64,000 nucleotides of DNA from Macrostomum lignano (lineage: Eukaryota), in contig NIVC01001842.1 of assembly GCA_002269645.1 (NCBI GenBank), positions 1 through 64,000 of the forward strand, read 5' to 3'. A program made the position numbers and the translations under genes. Shown here in pieces: positions 1 through 11,980 of the stretch. How positions within the stretch are numbered: position 1 is the stretch's first letter; every line of letters starts with the position of its first letter. The notes below the pieces were generated by a model, which searched no databases, was not told the origin of the DNA, and was given only the letters and a program-made list of their open reading frames with translations.

Positions 1-48
1 TTGCGAAGCGTAAAATTACACAACACCATATTTTTTTCTAAATTACAG

Positions 49-1058
49 CTCAGACTACTATCGCATGAAGCAGCAATGGAAGACGATTAGCGCCGATCAA
101 GAGAGTCGCTTCTTCTTATTACGCGAGCGGCGATCTCTCATTGAGAAGGACGTATTTCGTACCGACCGCAATCTGCCATACTTCGAAGAGAATAGCAAAG
201 GTTTGGAACTGCTCACAGACATTCTGAATACCTACAACATGTACAATTTCGATCTGGGCTACGTTCAGGGAATGTCCGACCTACTATCGCCATTGTTAGT
301 CATTATGGAGAGCGAAGTGGACGCATTCTGGTGCTTTGCCGGCTTTTTAACTAGAGTTGAACGCAATTTCGATTTAGACCAAGCTGGTACTAAGCTGCAG
401 TTGTCTCAGCTAAACCTCCTCGTGTCCCTGCTGCTGCCGGATCTGTCCGCCTACCTTGACCAGCAGGTATAATGATAATTTGTTTTCCACAGTTTTATTT
501 GGTTTGTTTCTCAATCAATTAAACTTTTTTGCCTACTGTTAGTAGCGCACTAATCATATTTGCATTTCAAAATTTTTTTTTCATTTTCAAAGTGAATGAA
601 ATACTCGAATTATTTACCCACAGGACGCAGCTAATATGTATTTCTGCTTCCGTTGGATTCTAGTTTGGTTTAAACGCGAATTTAACATCACGGAGATCTA
701 CCGCCTATGGGAGGTGCTGTGGGCCGCGCCGCCAAATTATCATCTGATTTGTTGCTGCGCCGCTTTGGAGGCGGTAAAAAATTTCATAATTCATTCGCGC
801 CTTGATTTTGCGGCAATTTTAAAGCACGTAAACGATACGGCTTATAATATCGAGTTGGACAAGTTGCTGTCTACCGCTGAAGGCATGCTTCAGCAGTTGT
901 ACGATCTGCGACAACGGGGCGGCCTGCCAGATGAGGTGGTGAGCTGCTTGGCATGCCAGCCGTGGCCGCCGCTGCCGCTGCTTCATCAACCGCTTCGAAA
1001 TCTCGCCCAGGAAATGTTCTACGCGTTCAATAGTGTGTATATTGTTGGGCGCAATTAA
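49..1058 (+). CDS. TBC1D15: TBC-domain Rab GTPase-activating protein (TBC1D15/17 family), last two exons: ~49-466 and 624-1058
   Basis: Motifs YYRMKQQWKTIS, LIEKDVFRTDR (arginine finger), GYVQGMSDLLSP (glutamine finger) and YFCFRW. GT donor at 467 and cag acceptor at 621-623 join in phase 0. The 5' exons lie outside the window. TBC1D15 versus TBC1D17 is not resolved. Confidence 0.9.
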
Positions 1059-2219
1059 TTGATGAACACTACTACGAGTAGAATGTACAAAGTTATTCAT
1101 CTAAAGTTTTTTGCAGGAGTCGTATTTATTCCGAAGCGATACACTGTTTGTTAATCTATATATTTGTCTTGTCTAATCAGATTTTTTATGTAGTTCCGCC
1201 ATCCCTCTCTACTACATAATTGCCAACGTTCGTAAATCGATTTAACTCTGTGTGAAATATTCAAAAAAAGCTTGCAATCATACATTTGTTATTCAAAGAT
1301 AATTTATGCTACACTAGATGATGATATAGAAAGCATTGCTGTGGTCTTAGTGTAGCAAGTTTTATTTTTTGTCGCAAATTTAGACGTAATTTTTTGTTTC
1401 TTGCTACTGCTGTTCAGTAGCGTAAATTGTGAAACAATAATAAAAATATGGAATCAAAATTCAAATGAGAATAATTAAAATTTAAATGCAATTCTTTTTT
1501 AATCGCTAATTTTAATAAATCAACCAAGTCAACCGTGGCGGCAGATTAAATAAAAAGTTGGAATTCCGACTCGAAGGCAATCTCCTTAAATTCTGTTTCA
1601 ACTTGCAATATGCCAATAATATCCTGGATCTGGAGCGTTCAATTTCCACTATTATATTATAATTATTGTAATTCGTGCCTTACACTTAATGGCTTGAATT
1701 GAAATGGAGAAATTAATAATTAATTTTTTATTCTCTTTGATTCTCTTTTACATGTCATTGTGGAAAGTGGAGTTTGGTGTACAAAATAATAACTATAAAT
1801 ACCGTAATCATTCATCTTTTAGTATCCAAGACCAAGAGTACTTTAATTTTTGTCGGTCTGACTATATCTAGAATTGTATTCTTTTATTTCCTTATTTAAA
1901 AAGCAAATACACCTATTGATTATTCTGTCTGCAACACAACATCAGTGGCGCAGAAATTTGCATTGCTCGACAAATAAAGGTTTGTCAGCTAATCATAATT
2001 TAAATAAATCGAGTTTCAGTCAGTCGGGTCTGTCTGCCGAATTTGTTTTTTATTTTTTTCGTTTGGGTTTATCAAAAAGCTAATTTCTGTCTTGGCAAGA
2101 GGAAATTTTCATTTAACAAACAAGTTAATACTGACTGTTGTCTATTGTCGTTTACAATTTCCTTTAGTGTAAGAGGTTAATTGTTATATAGTTTGTCTAC
2201 GGAGCGGGGCCTACTAAGA

Positions 2220-2292
2220 GCCTCTATAGCTCAGTGGCTAGAGCACTGGTCTAGTAAACCAGGGGTCGGGAGTTCGATCCTCCCTAGAGGCT
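2220..2292 (+). tRNA. tRNA-Thr(AGT)
   Basis: Cloverleaf: acceptor GCCTCTA/TAGAGGC, D arm GCTC/GAGC, anticodon arm CTGGT-CTAGTAA-ACCAG, T arm GGGAG-TTCGATC-CTCCC. A T-run terminator follows. Confidence 0.95.
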
Positions 2293-2657
2293 ACATTTTT
2301 TAATTTTTTCTTATACTTTTCAGGTAATTAAATTCTTGAATTTATTATAATTAAAATCAGTTTGGATATATTTTTTATAATTTTTTCAAGCCGAAATATT
2401 CCATAAATTGATTGAAATTTGTTATGTTATTCAGTTATTTTATTTTTCGTTTTATAGTTTTAACTACTGTCAGTAGCAATGCGTATTAAGCTATTTGTAG
2501 TGTTAGTGTTAGCAAACGTTGCTGGGGTCTGTCGTAACTTTGTTAAAAATCTTAATTTTAAAACAGCAGAAAAATAAATTTGCGTGAATTTTAAAGAATT
2601 ATTGCTTTTTATACCACACAGCCTTGTAAAAGTTTTTCACTGAATTTTAAAAAGTTC

Positions 2658-2730
2658 AGCCCCCAGGGAGGATCGAACTCCCGACCCCTGGTTTACAAGA
2701 CCAGTGCTCTAACCACTGAGCTATGGAGGC
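2658..2730 (-). tRNA. tRNA-Thr(TGT)
   Basis: Reverse complement folds as GCCTCCA...CTGGT-CTTGTAA-ACCAG...GGGAG-TTCGATC-CTCCC-TGGGGGC-T, followed by TTTTT on the minus strand. Confidence 0.95.
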
Positions 2731-3233
2731 ACTTGTGGTGGCTTGAATCACCTGGCATATTTAATAGCTGCGACCCTTTAAAGGTTTCGAGCAATCAGGT
2801 GTCAGCCTAGTTAGACTTTGAACGTTGTCTATTAGCGACGCAATAGTAATTAGAAAAATTCATTGAAAAGTCGCAAACAGGGCACGAATTTATTTGTTAG
2901 CAAGCTACTTATCCAAATTTACATCAACACGGTACTGTGTGCTTGTTACAACTTACGTGTATGTTCTGTACTGTATCTATAGCAACAAAAATAAATACAC
3001 GACGCAAACTTAGAATATCTCATAAACAATTACGCAATTCCACAAAATAAACGCACAAAAGTTTCTGCACATCAATTGATTATTTGTGCATAAGTATGAT
3101 CACAAGTGCACATATGTGCACAAGTACATTTACATGTTAGCCCATCGAGCATCTTTCATTACGTACGATTACAAAATCTATTCAGAAAGTTCAATTAATT
3201 GATTGTTTTTAACATAATTAGTTAATCAATCAA

Positions 3234-6200
3234 TCAATCGTAGTAGTCATCGTCGGATTCTTCCGCAGGTCTGTGCCTTTGACGGTCGTTGCCTTGCTGG
3301 AAGATAAAATTCGTGTTTAAATTGATTTTTAGGGACTATACATGTAGTTTATGATGCGCCAAAACTGCATTGTGGCGGATTGTGGGGTCAAAAGGGGTCA
3401 GTCGGTCAGCCTCTTCCACATTTGAAAACACGCTCGTACTTCGTTCTCGTTAGCAGTGTGACAGTGAGGTGAATTTGAAGCTTCAAATATGCGTGCAGGA
3501 ATGTAATAATTTCTTGAATAAAGTGACCTCAATATTGAATGAAATAAGGACTCTACAATCAATTTTCTTAGAAATGAGCTTTGGAGACCGGTAAAGGAAC
3601 GTGTATTTGTCGTATTGCTATCTCTAGAGCATTCAGTATACTCTATGCATGCGCTGGATGGAATTTGGCCATAGACAACTTTGCTTTGAGAGTTTGACAA
3701 GGACTAGCTACTACTGAAAAACTCAGGACGCGGAACTTAAACTTGGTAGGGATTTTTTCAAGGCCCGCCTGAAAGCACTATCTATGGTAAAAAGTCTCTA
3801 ACTTATTAGCGTAACACTGACTATTGTAACACGATGTAAATGTGTAAAAGTGTGCATTAAACGCTAAAAGCATTTAATGCACGCTAAAAGCGTGTTTAAA
3901 TGGCTCCTGATCGCGTATTGGCTGGAGTCATTTAATGCATGAGAAATAAATATCGTGTTACAATACTACTCAATACTTGGTTTTGAGTGCTTAAATGTCT
4001 ATGGCACTCGTGCGCGCTCTCCAGAAAGCGACAATCACATCAATTTTTGATCGCCAAAAAATTAACAAGCGTAATCACTGCTGCGATTTCACGAAACTGG
4101 ACGCCACATGGCTGAGCTGACTACTGTATCCACAAGGAACTTCTAATTGATTGTTTCTGAGCTTGCAAAGCATGTGAAAACTTTCCACTCTAGTGTTCTC
4201 GTGTCTTTTTCTTTATTTCGACAATAATAACCTATCATAATTTATTATTACACCTGCCCTAATAGGGCAAATGGGTAACCGACGGATCATCTGAAGGCTG
4301 CGTGCGGCTGTACCCCAAGGACTGTGGGGGGGGGGGTCACCACACACCCCCAATTACCCCAGTATAATGCCGGTACCCATTTTACAGCTGGGTGAACTAA
4401 AGCAATACAGAGTTAAGTGTCTTTCTCAAGGACACAAATTTTTCCGAGGGGTCGCTTTGATAAGACCGAAATTTCATAACACCGAAAGACACCTGCCTTC
4501 ACAAGACCTCCGGTTTCTAAGAGGTCTACGTTCCCTTCCGGTTTCTAATTAAGAGGTCTACGTTCCCTTCCGGTTTCTAAGGGGTCTACGTTCCCTTCTG
4601 GTTTCTAAGGGGTCTACGTTCCCTTCCGGTTTCTAAGGGGTCTACGTTCCCTTCCGGTTTCTAAGGGGTCTACGTTCCCTTCCGGTTTCTAAGGGGTCTA
4701 CGTTCCCTTCCGGTTTCTAAGGGGTCTACGTTCCCTTCTGGTTTCTAAGGGGTCTACGTTCCCTTCTGGTTTCTAAGGGGTCTACGTTCCCTTCCGGTTT
4801 CTAAGGGGTCTACGTTCCCTTCTGGTTTCTAAGGGGTCTACGTTCCCTTCCGGTTTCTAAGGGGTCTACGTTCCCTTCTGGTTTCTAAGGGGTCTACGTT
4901 CCCTTCTGGTTTCTAAGGGGTCTACGTTCCCTTCCGGTTTCTAAGGGGTCTACGTTCCCTTCTGGTTTCTAAGGGGTCTACGTTCCCTTCCGGTTTCTAA
5001 GGGGTCTACGTTCCCTTCTGGTTTCTAAGGGGTCTACGTTCCCTTCCGGTTTCTAAGGGGTCTACGTTCCCTTCCGGTTTCTAAGAGGTCCACGTTCCCT
5101 TCCGGTTTCTAAGAGGTCCACGTTCCCTTCCGGTTTCTAAGAGGTCCACGTTCCCTTCCGGTTTCTAAGAGGTCCACGTTCCCTTCCGGTTTCTAAGGGG
5201 TCTACGTTCCCTTCCGGTTTCTAAGAAAATCAAGTGGAAGCGTCCATTTTACTTTAGCTGACCACGCGAAGTGATAGCATACATATTCTTATAAATTGTA
5301 TTTGATATGTAAGAGGTGAATTAGTTAAAAGACAAGCAAATTACATGTATGCTGATAGGCGAGTCTGTATAGGCGAGTACATATTGTACATGCTTGTATT
5401 AACCTTCCTATCTAATTGAATCTCGTGGGTAAGCGCTGCAATAAATGTTAAATTTAAAACTTTTGTAAGCAAATTAAGATCGTATTTACTGACTACTGGT
5501 GATTCTAAAGTAAATTTTCTGTTGTACAGTAAAGTTTTTGTGTTTCTTTCCAGAACCATGTGAATTTTTTCAAATTATACTGCAGTAAGAAATTCCCCGT
5601 TCGTACCGTGAGAGTATAGTGAGAAATTCCCCGTTCGTACCGTGAGAGTATAGTGAGAAATTCCCCGTTCGTACCGGTATATTTAAGAAATTCCCCGTTC
5701 GTCTAGTGAGAAATTCCCCGCCCATCTAGTGAGAAATTCCCTGCCCATTTAGTAAAAAATTCCCTGCTCATCTAGTGAGGAATTCCCCACTCATCTAGTA
5801 AGAAATTCACCCGCTAATCTAGTGAGAAATTCCCTGCCCATCTAGTGAAAAATTCCCCGCCCATCTAGTGAAAAATTCCCCGCTCATCTAGTGAGAAATT
5901 CCCCGCTTATCTAGTGAGAAATTCCCTGCTCAACTAGTGAAAAATTCCCCGCTTATCTAGTGAGAAATTCCCTGCCCATTTAGTGCGAAATTCCCGAGAA
6001 AATCAACTCACCACTTCAAAGGGAACCGGCACCGCGAAAAACTGCACATTGGGCTGCTGACCTCCCCCGCCGTCCCGTCGGCCGCCTCGCCGTTGCCTCG
6101 CCCTGGCGGCTCGCTCCGCCTCCTCGATGTCCTCCAGTAGGCGGGCTTTCTCGCGCTTCTGCTTCCGCGCAGCTGCGTCAATCTTGGAGGGGGGATTGGG

Positions 6201-9200
6201 ATTGAAGCTTAGCATTGTGAATTGGGATCAGCTGAGTTTTATAACGCTAAGCTGGCACCCTGCTGACATCTTACTTGTTACCCCTAGCTATTCTACTTTA
6301 CCCCCAATTCGGCACCCTACTGACCCCCAATTCGGCACCCTACTGACCCCCAATTTACCCCTCTACTGACCCCCAATTCGGCACCCTACAGACCCCCAAT
6401 TCGGCACCCTACTGACCTCCAATTCGGCACCCTACTGACCCCAATTCGGCACCCTACTGATCCCCAATTCGGCACCCTACTGACCCCAATTCGGCACCCT
6501 ACTGACCCCCAATTCGGCACCCTACTGACCCCAATTCGGCACCCTACTGACCCCCAATTCGGCACCCTACTGATCCCCAATTCGGCACCCTACTGACCCC
6601 AATTCGGCACCCTACTGATCCCCAATTCGGCACCCTACTGACCCCCAATTCGGCACCCTACTGACCCCCAATTCGGCACCCTACTGATCCCCAATTCGGC
6701 ACCCTACTGATCCCCAATTCGGCACCCTACTGATCCCAATTCGGCACCCTACTGACCCCCAATTCGGCACTCTACTGACCCCCAATTCGGCACCCTACTG
6801 ACCCCCAATTCGGCACCCTACTGACCCCCAATTCGGCACTCTACTGACCCCCAATTTACCCCTCTACTGACCCCAATTCGGCACTCTACTGACCCCCAAT
6901 TCGGCACTCTACTGACCCCAATTCGGCACCCTACTGACCCCCAATTCGGCACCCTACTGACCCCCAATTCGGCACCCTACTGACCCCCAATTTTGACACT
7001 CTACTGACACCCTATTTGACACCCTGCTGACACCTTTATAGTGACATGGCTACCTAAGCTAACTCCTGGAATCCTTCAGCGAGCCACCGCTATTTATTCA
7101 GACTGCTACGAGCTACAATGTCACATGCATAATTCATTCTGTGCAAAAAGTAATTTTCGATACATATCGCCTCAATACGCCTGCTTCTTCACCTGCTTCT
7201 CAAGCGACGCAATCCTGGTCTCGGCCTTGTCCAGCAGCTGGTACAGCTCCAGCCTCTCCGAGCTCTCCATCCCGTTGCGTCTCTGCTGCTGGCTGGCCTT
7301 CACAGCCGTCATCTCGTCTCTCAGCTTCCGGTTCTCCTCCATCAACGCTTTGGCTTTGGCTTCTTCGTCTCGACCGGCGCCGCTTCGCTTGTCTCGCAAT
7401 AGGCGCTCCATCTTTTCTATGACTTTCTCCTGCTTGGCGCAGGCCTCCTCCAGGCTTCGTTGCTTAGCAACCCGTTCCTGCAGTCGTTGAAGCAGCCGCT
7501 GCTGAGACTCGTGCGCGCCAGCCAGGCGTTCCATGCCGGCCGCTGATTGGTTGCCAGCGATCAGTTCGTTTTGCAGCCGGTGCACTTTGTCCTTGTACTG
7601 CTGCAGCTGGGCCACGCTGCCGCGCAGGTTCTGCCGCAGGGCGGCTGCAGATAAATGGCACAATTTGAGTAGGGAGGATTTTATAATGCGGAAATAGAAG
7701 TGGCAAAACAGCAAATCAGAGAGTTTGTTAACCTGTGGAAGAGAACGTGAGAGCGTTGATCAGCCTGGGCGATTTAATAAGCTTTGGAGAGATTTAAAAA
7801 GCTTGGGAGATATTTGATGAGCTTGGGAGAGATTTGATAATCTGGGAGAGATTAGATAAGCTTTGGAGAGAGTTAATAAGCTTGGGAGACTTGAAAAGCT
7901 TGGGAGAGATTTGATAAGCTTGGAGAGATTAGATAAGCTTGGGAGAGATTTGATAAGCTTGGGAGAGATTTGATAATCTTGGAGAGATTAGATAAGCTTG
8001 GGAGAGATTTGATAAGCTTGGAGAGATTAGATAAGCTTGGAGAGATTAGATAAGCTTGGGAGAGATTTGATAATCTTGGAGAGATTAGATAAGCTTGGGA
8101 GAGATTTGATAAGCTTGGAGAGATTTGATAAGCTTTGCAGAGATTTGATAAGCTTGGGAGAGACGTGATAAGGTTGAGAGAGAGCGCATGAGCATAGGAG
8201 AGAGCGAATGAGAATAGGAGAAAGCGCATGAGAATAGGAGAGAGTGCATGAGAATAGGAGAGAGCGAATGAGAATAGGAGAGAGTGAATGAGAATAGGAG
8301 AGAGCGAATGAGAATAGGAGAGAGTGAATGAGAATAGGAGAGAGCGCATGAGAATAGGAGAGAGTGCATGAGAATAGGAGAGAGCGAATGAGAATAGGAG
8401 AGAGTGAATGAGAATAGGAGAGAGCGAATGAGAATAGGAGAGAGCGAATGAGAATAGGAGAGAGTGAATGAGCATAGGAGAGAGCGAATGAGAATAGGAG
8501 AGAGTGAATGAGCATAGGAGAGAGCGAATGAGAATAGGAGAGAGCGAATGAGAATAGGAGAGAGTGAATGAGCATAGGAGAGAGCGCATGAGCATGAGAG
8601 AGAGTGCATGAGCATAGGAGAGAGTGCATGAGCATGAGAGAGAGTGCATGAGCATAGGAGAGAGCGCATGAGCATGAGAGAGAGTGCATGAGCATAGGAG
8701 AGAGTGCATGAGCATGGGAGAGAGCGGATGAGCATGAGAGAGAGCGCATGAGCATAGGAGAGAGCGGATGAGCATGGGAGAGAGCGGATGAGCATAGGAG
8801 AGAGCGGATGAGCATGGGAGGGAGCGGAACTCTCACCATAGCGAGCCATGAGCTCAGCCCTGGGAATGCCATCCAGTTCCACGCTGTCCTGAAGAATTTT
8901 CGACGCATCCGAATAACTTCCCAGATCCCGTCTGAGCGCGGAATTCTCCATCTCCAACTCGCGAACCCGGTCGCGCAGCGACAGGATGTCCTGGCCCATC
9001 TTGCGCAGCGCGTCTCTGTACTTTTCGATCTCTCCCAGCTGGCCATCAAGTTGGGCGATGTAGTCCGGCCCGTTGTTGTGCAGCTTCGGCACCAGCGAGT
9101 TGCTCAGCGGGGCTGCGGCCGCGGCTGCGCCTCCGGGAGGACGCCGGGCTGTGCTAGCTGGACCAGCTGGGAAAATGTAGTCATAGTCGGCGAGGGCCCC

Positions 9201-9967
9201 GGCTGGTAGGGGCGTCGAACTGCCGACCTCCTCGGGTAGGTCGCCGTCTGTGATTGGCTGTGGGGGTGGGTATTTCGGATTTGGGGCTGTTTGTGGTTCC
9301 GAGTTGGTCATTTGGGGTTGTTTGGCTTCCGAGTTGGTCATTTGGGGCTGTTTGGCTTCCGAGTTGGTCATTTGGGGCTGTTTGTGGTTCCGAGTTGGTC
9401 ATTTGGGGTTGTTTGTGGTTCCGAGTTGGTCATTTGGGGCTGTTTGTGGTTCCGAGTTGGTCATTTGGGGTTGTTTGTGGTTCCGAGTTGGTCATTTGGG
9501 GTTGTTTGTGGTTCCGAGTTTGTCATTTGGGGTTGTTTGTGGTTCCGAGTTGGTCATTTGGGGTTGTTTGTGGTTCCGAGTTGGTCATTTGGGGCTGTTT
9601 GTGGTTCCGAGTTGGTCATTTGGGATTGTTTGTGGTTCCGAGTTGGTCATTTGGGATTGTTTGGTTTCCGAGTTGGTCATTTGGGGTTGTTTGTGGTTCC
9701 GAGTTGATCATTTGGGATTATTTGTGGTTCCGAGTTGGTCATTTGAGATTTTAGTTCCAAGTTGATCATTTGAAATGTTTGGCTTCCGAGTTGATCATTT
9801 GAAATGTTTGGCTTCCGAGTTGGTCATTTGTGAGTTTTTCGGTTCCGAGTTGGTCATTTGAAGGCAAAGCAAAAGAAACAATGCACTTACATCGCTGGTA
9901 TACGGTCTGTAGTACAATGTCGCCATAACCAAAGGATCTGAGTTGAGGATGTGAAAGCAGACTTTCC
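3234..9967 (-). CDS. CCDC33: CCDC33-like coiled-coil protein, 3' exons: 9891-9967 (frame uncertain), 8837-9257, 7193-7644, 6012-6182, probable last exon 3234-3296
   Basis: EIEKYRDALRKMGQDILSLR, LQERVAKQRSLEEACAKQEKVIEKMERLL and RIASLEKQ|IDAAARKQKREK resemble the CCDC33 C-terminal coiled coil as I recall it. Splice phases agree: 8837 to 7644 phase 1, 7193 to 6182 phase 0, 6012 to 3296 phase 0 (QGNDRQRHRPAEESDDDYYD*). 5' exons were not found. Confidence 0.7.
4241..4448 (-). mobile_element. CORE-SINE-like element, 3' part
   Basis: Minus strand carries GTGTCCTTGAGAAAGACACTTAACTCTGTATTGCTTTAGTTCACCCAGCTGTAAAATGGG, which resembles the CORE domain of MIR-type SINEs. Homologous copies at 53905-54125 and 24490-24620. 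A tail-like fragment lies near 12330-12370. Confidence 0.7.
4505..5225. repeat. 28-bp minisatellite (GGTTTCTAAGGGGTCTACGTTCCCTTCC)n
   Basis: About 25 near-identical tandem units are directly visible. Confidence 0.95.
5585..5995. repeat. 23-bp minisatellite (AGTGAGAAATTCCCCGCTCATCT)n, preceded by a 34-bp variant
   Basis: Tandem units visible; the unit changes along the array. Confidence 0.85.
6300..7040. repeat. 22-23 bp minisatellite (CCCCAATTCGGCACCCTACTGA)n, intronic
   Basis: Tandem units visible between CCDC33-like exons. Confidence 0.95.
7775..8160. repeat. 20-21 bp minisatellite (GAGAGATTTGATAAGCTTGG)n, intronic
   Basis: Tandem units visible. Confidence 0.9.
8170..8820. repeat. 20-bp purine-rich minisatellite (GAGAGCGAATGAGAATAGGA)n, intronic
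   Basis: Tandem units visible; the array abuts the previous one and the donor at 8836. Confidence 0.9.
9275..9860. repeat. 30-31 bp minisatellite (CCGAGTTGGTCATTTGGGGTTGTTTGTGGTT)n, intronic
   Basis: Tandem units visible. Confidence 0.9.
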
Positions 9968-10719
9968 CTGCTAAGTACAAACTTTTACTGCTCAATATTA
10001 ACTCGAAAATATAGTTTAGTGAGAAACCGTTCTTGGAAGAAATTTAAGGTGACAGGGTAAACTAATGAGCACAGAAATTTCTAGTGGGAGAGCCGCGCTT
10101 TTGTGTCGGGCAAGTGCAGAGTAAAAAGATACGGTGGGTGCTATGTGTGCCTTCAACTGTACTCAGCATTGGTCTCTGAAGCTGAAACTTCTCTTGCTGT
10201 TCAAACTTTTCTCACCCCCACTTCATTTTCTCTGACCCTTCCACCCGCATCTCTCTCTACCTTTCTGTTTACCTGCGTCTGTGTTCTGTCTCCATTGGCT
10301 ACTCAATACCCAATTTCATTCCTGCACTTCTTGTGCGCTTGTGTGCCAAGCGAAAAATGCGCTATAGGTGCATTTTTTTTATTGTAAAGCTATGAGGCAT
10401 ACTCGGAAATAACTTTTTCCTGATTGGAAATACAATATTTGCTATGCCAACGTTGTGAACAATTTGTAAATTATCAGTGCTTGAAAAATCTGTCCAAAAC
10501 CTATCTAAATAAAAAGGAATTTGAACTTTAAAACCCGTTAAATTTTGAAATTTCGAAAATTTTGTGCACACTACTTGCGTATAGTTTTTTTCAGTAGTTC
10601 TACACGTAAATTAGGCGAATTTTTGCTGGATAGTTTTCGATTGATTTCTTATATTAAGTGTATAATTATATTATATAGGAATACTCTATAGTTTACTTAT
10701 GTTCATACACAGTGCATTT

Positions 10720-11300
10720 ATTAGACTGATAGTCATAGACAGTCGATCTCTTAGAAACATGGCCAAAGAAAATCGATTTCTTAAAATCATGGTCATAGAC
10801 AATCGATTTCTTAGAATCATGGCCATAAACAATCGATTTCTTAGAATCATGGTCATAGACAATCGATTTATCAGAATCATGGCCATAGACAATCGATTTC
10901 TTAAAATCATGGCCATGGAAAATCGATTTCTTAGAATCTTGGCCATAGATAATCGATTTCTTAGAATCATGGTCATATACAGTCGATTTCTTAGACTGAT
11001 ATTCATAGACAATCGATTTCTTAGAATCATGGCCATAGACAATCGATTTCTTAGAATCATGGCCATAGACAGCCGATTTCTTAGAATCATGGCCATAGAT
11101 AATCGATTTCTTAGAATCATGGTCATATACAGTCGATTTCTTAGACTGATATTCATAGACAATCGATTTCTTAGAATCATGGCCATAGACAATCGATTTC
11201 TTAGAATCATGGCCATAGACAGCCGATTTCTTAGAATCATGGCCATAGAAAATCGATTTCCTAGAATCGTGGCTATAGACAATCGATTTCTTAAAACCGC
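10720..11300. repeat. 30-bp minisatellite (AATCGATTTCTTAGAATCATGGCCATAGAC)n
   Basis: Tandem units visible. Confidence 0.9.
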
Positions 11301-11424
11301 CATGAAGGTGAAGGGAAGGTGACAGGGTGTGAGATAAGAGTGAGATGAGAGTTCCCTTCCGGTTTCTAAGAAAATCAAGTGGAAGCGTCCATTTTACTTC
11401 AGCTGACCACGCGAAGTGAATGAA

Positions 11425-11980
11425 TGAATCTGCCTCTCTGCTCCCTACTGAATCTGCCTCTCTGCTCCCTACTGAATCTGCCTCTCTGCTCCCTACTGAA
11501 TCTGCCTCTCTGCTCCCTACTGAATCTGCCTCTCTGCTCCCTACTGAATCTGCCTCTCTGCTCCCTACTGAATCTGCCTCTCCGCTCCCTACTGAATCTG
11601 CCTGATCTCCGCTCCCTACTGAATCTGCCTCTCTACTCCCTACTGAATCTGCCTGATCTCCGCTGCCTACTGAATCTGCCTCTCTGCTCCCTACTGAATC
11701 TGCCTCTCTGCTCCCTACTGAATCTGCCTCTCTGCTCCCTACTGAATCTGCCTCTCTGCTCCCTACTGAATCTGCCTCTCTGCTCCCTACTGAATATGCC
11801 TCTCTGCTCCCTACTGAATCTGCCTCTCTGCTCCCTACTGAATCTGCCTGATCTCCGCTCCCTACTGAATCTGCCTCTCCGCTCCCTACTGAATCTGCCT
11901 CTCCGCTCCCTACTGAATCTGCCTCTCCGCTCCTTACTGAATCTGCCTGATCTCCGCTCCCTACTGAATCTGCCTCTCCG
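11425..11980. repeat. 24-bp minisatellite (GAATCTGCCTCTCTGCTCCCTACT)n with 27-bp variants
   Basis: Tandem units visible. Confidence 0.9.
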
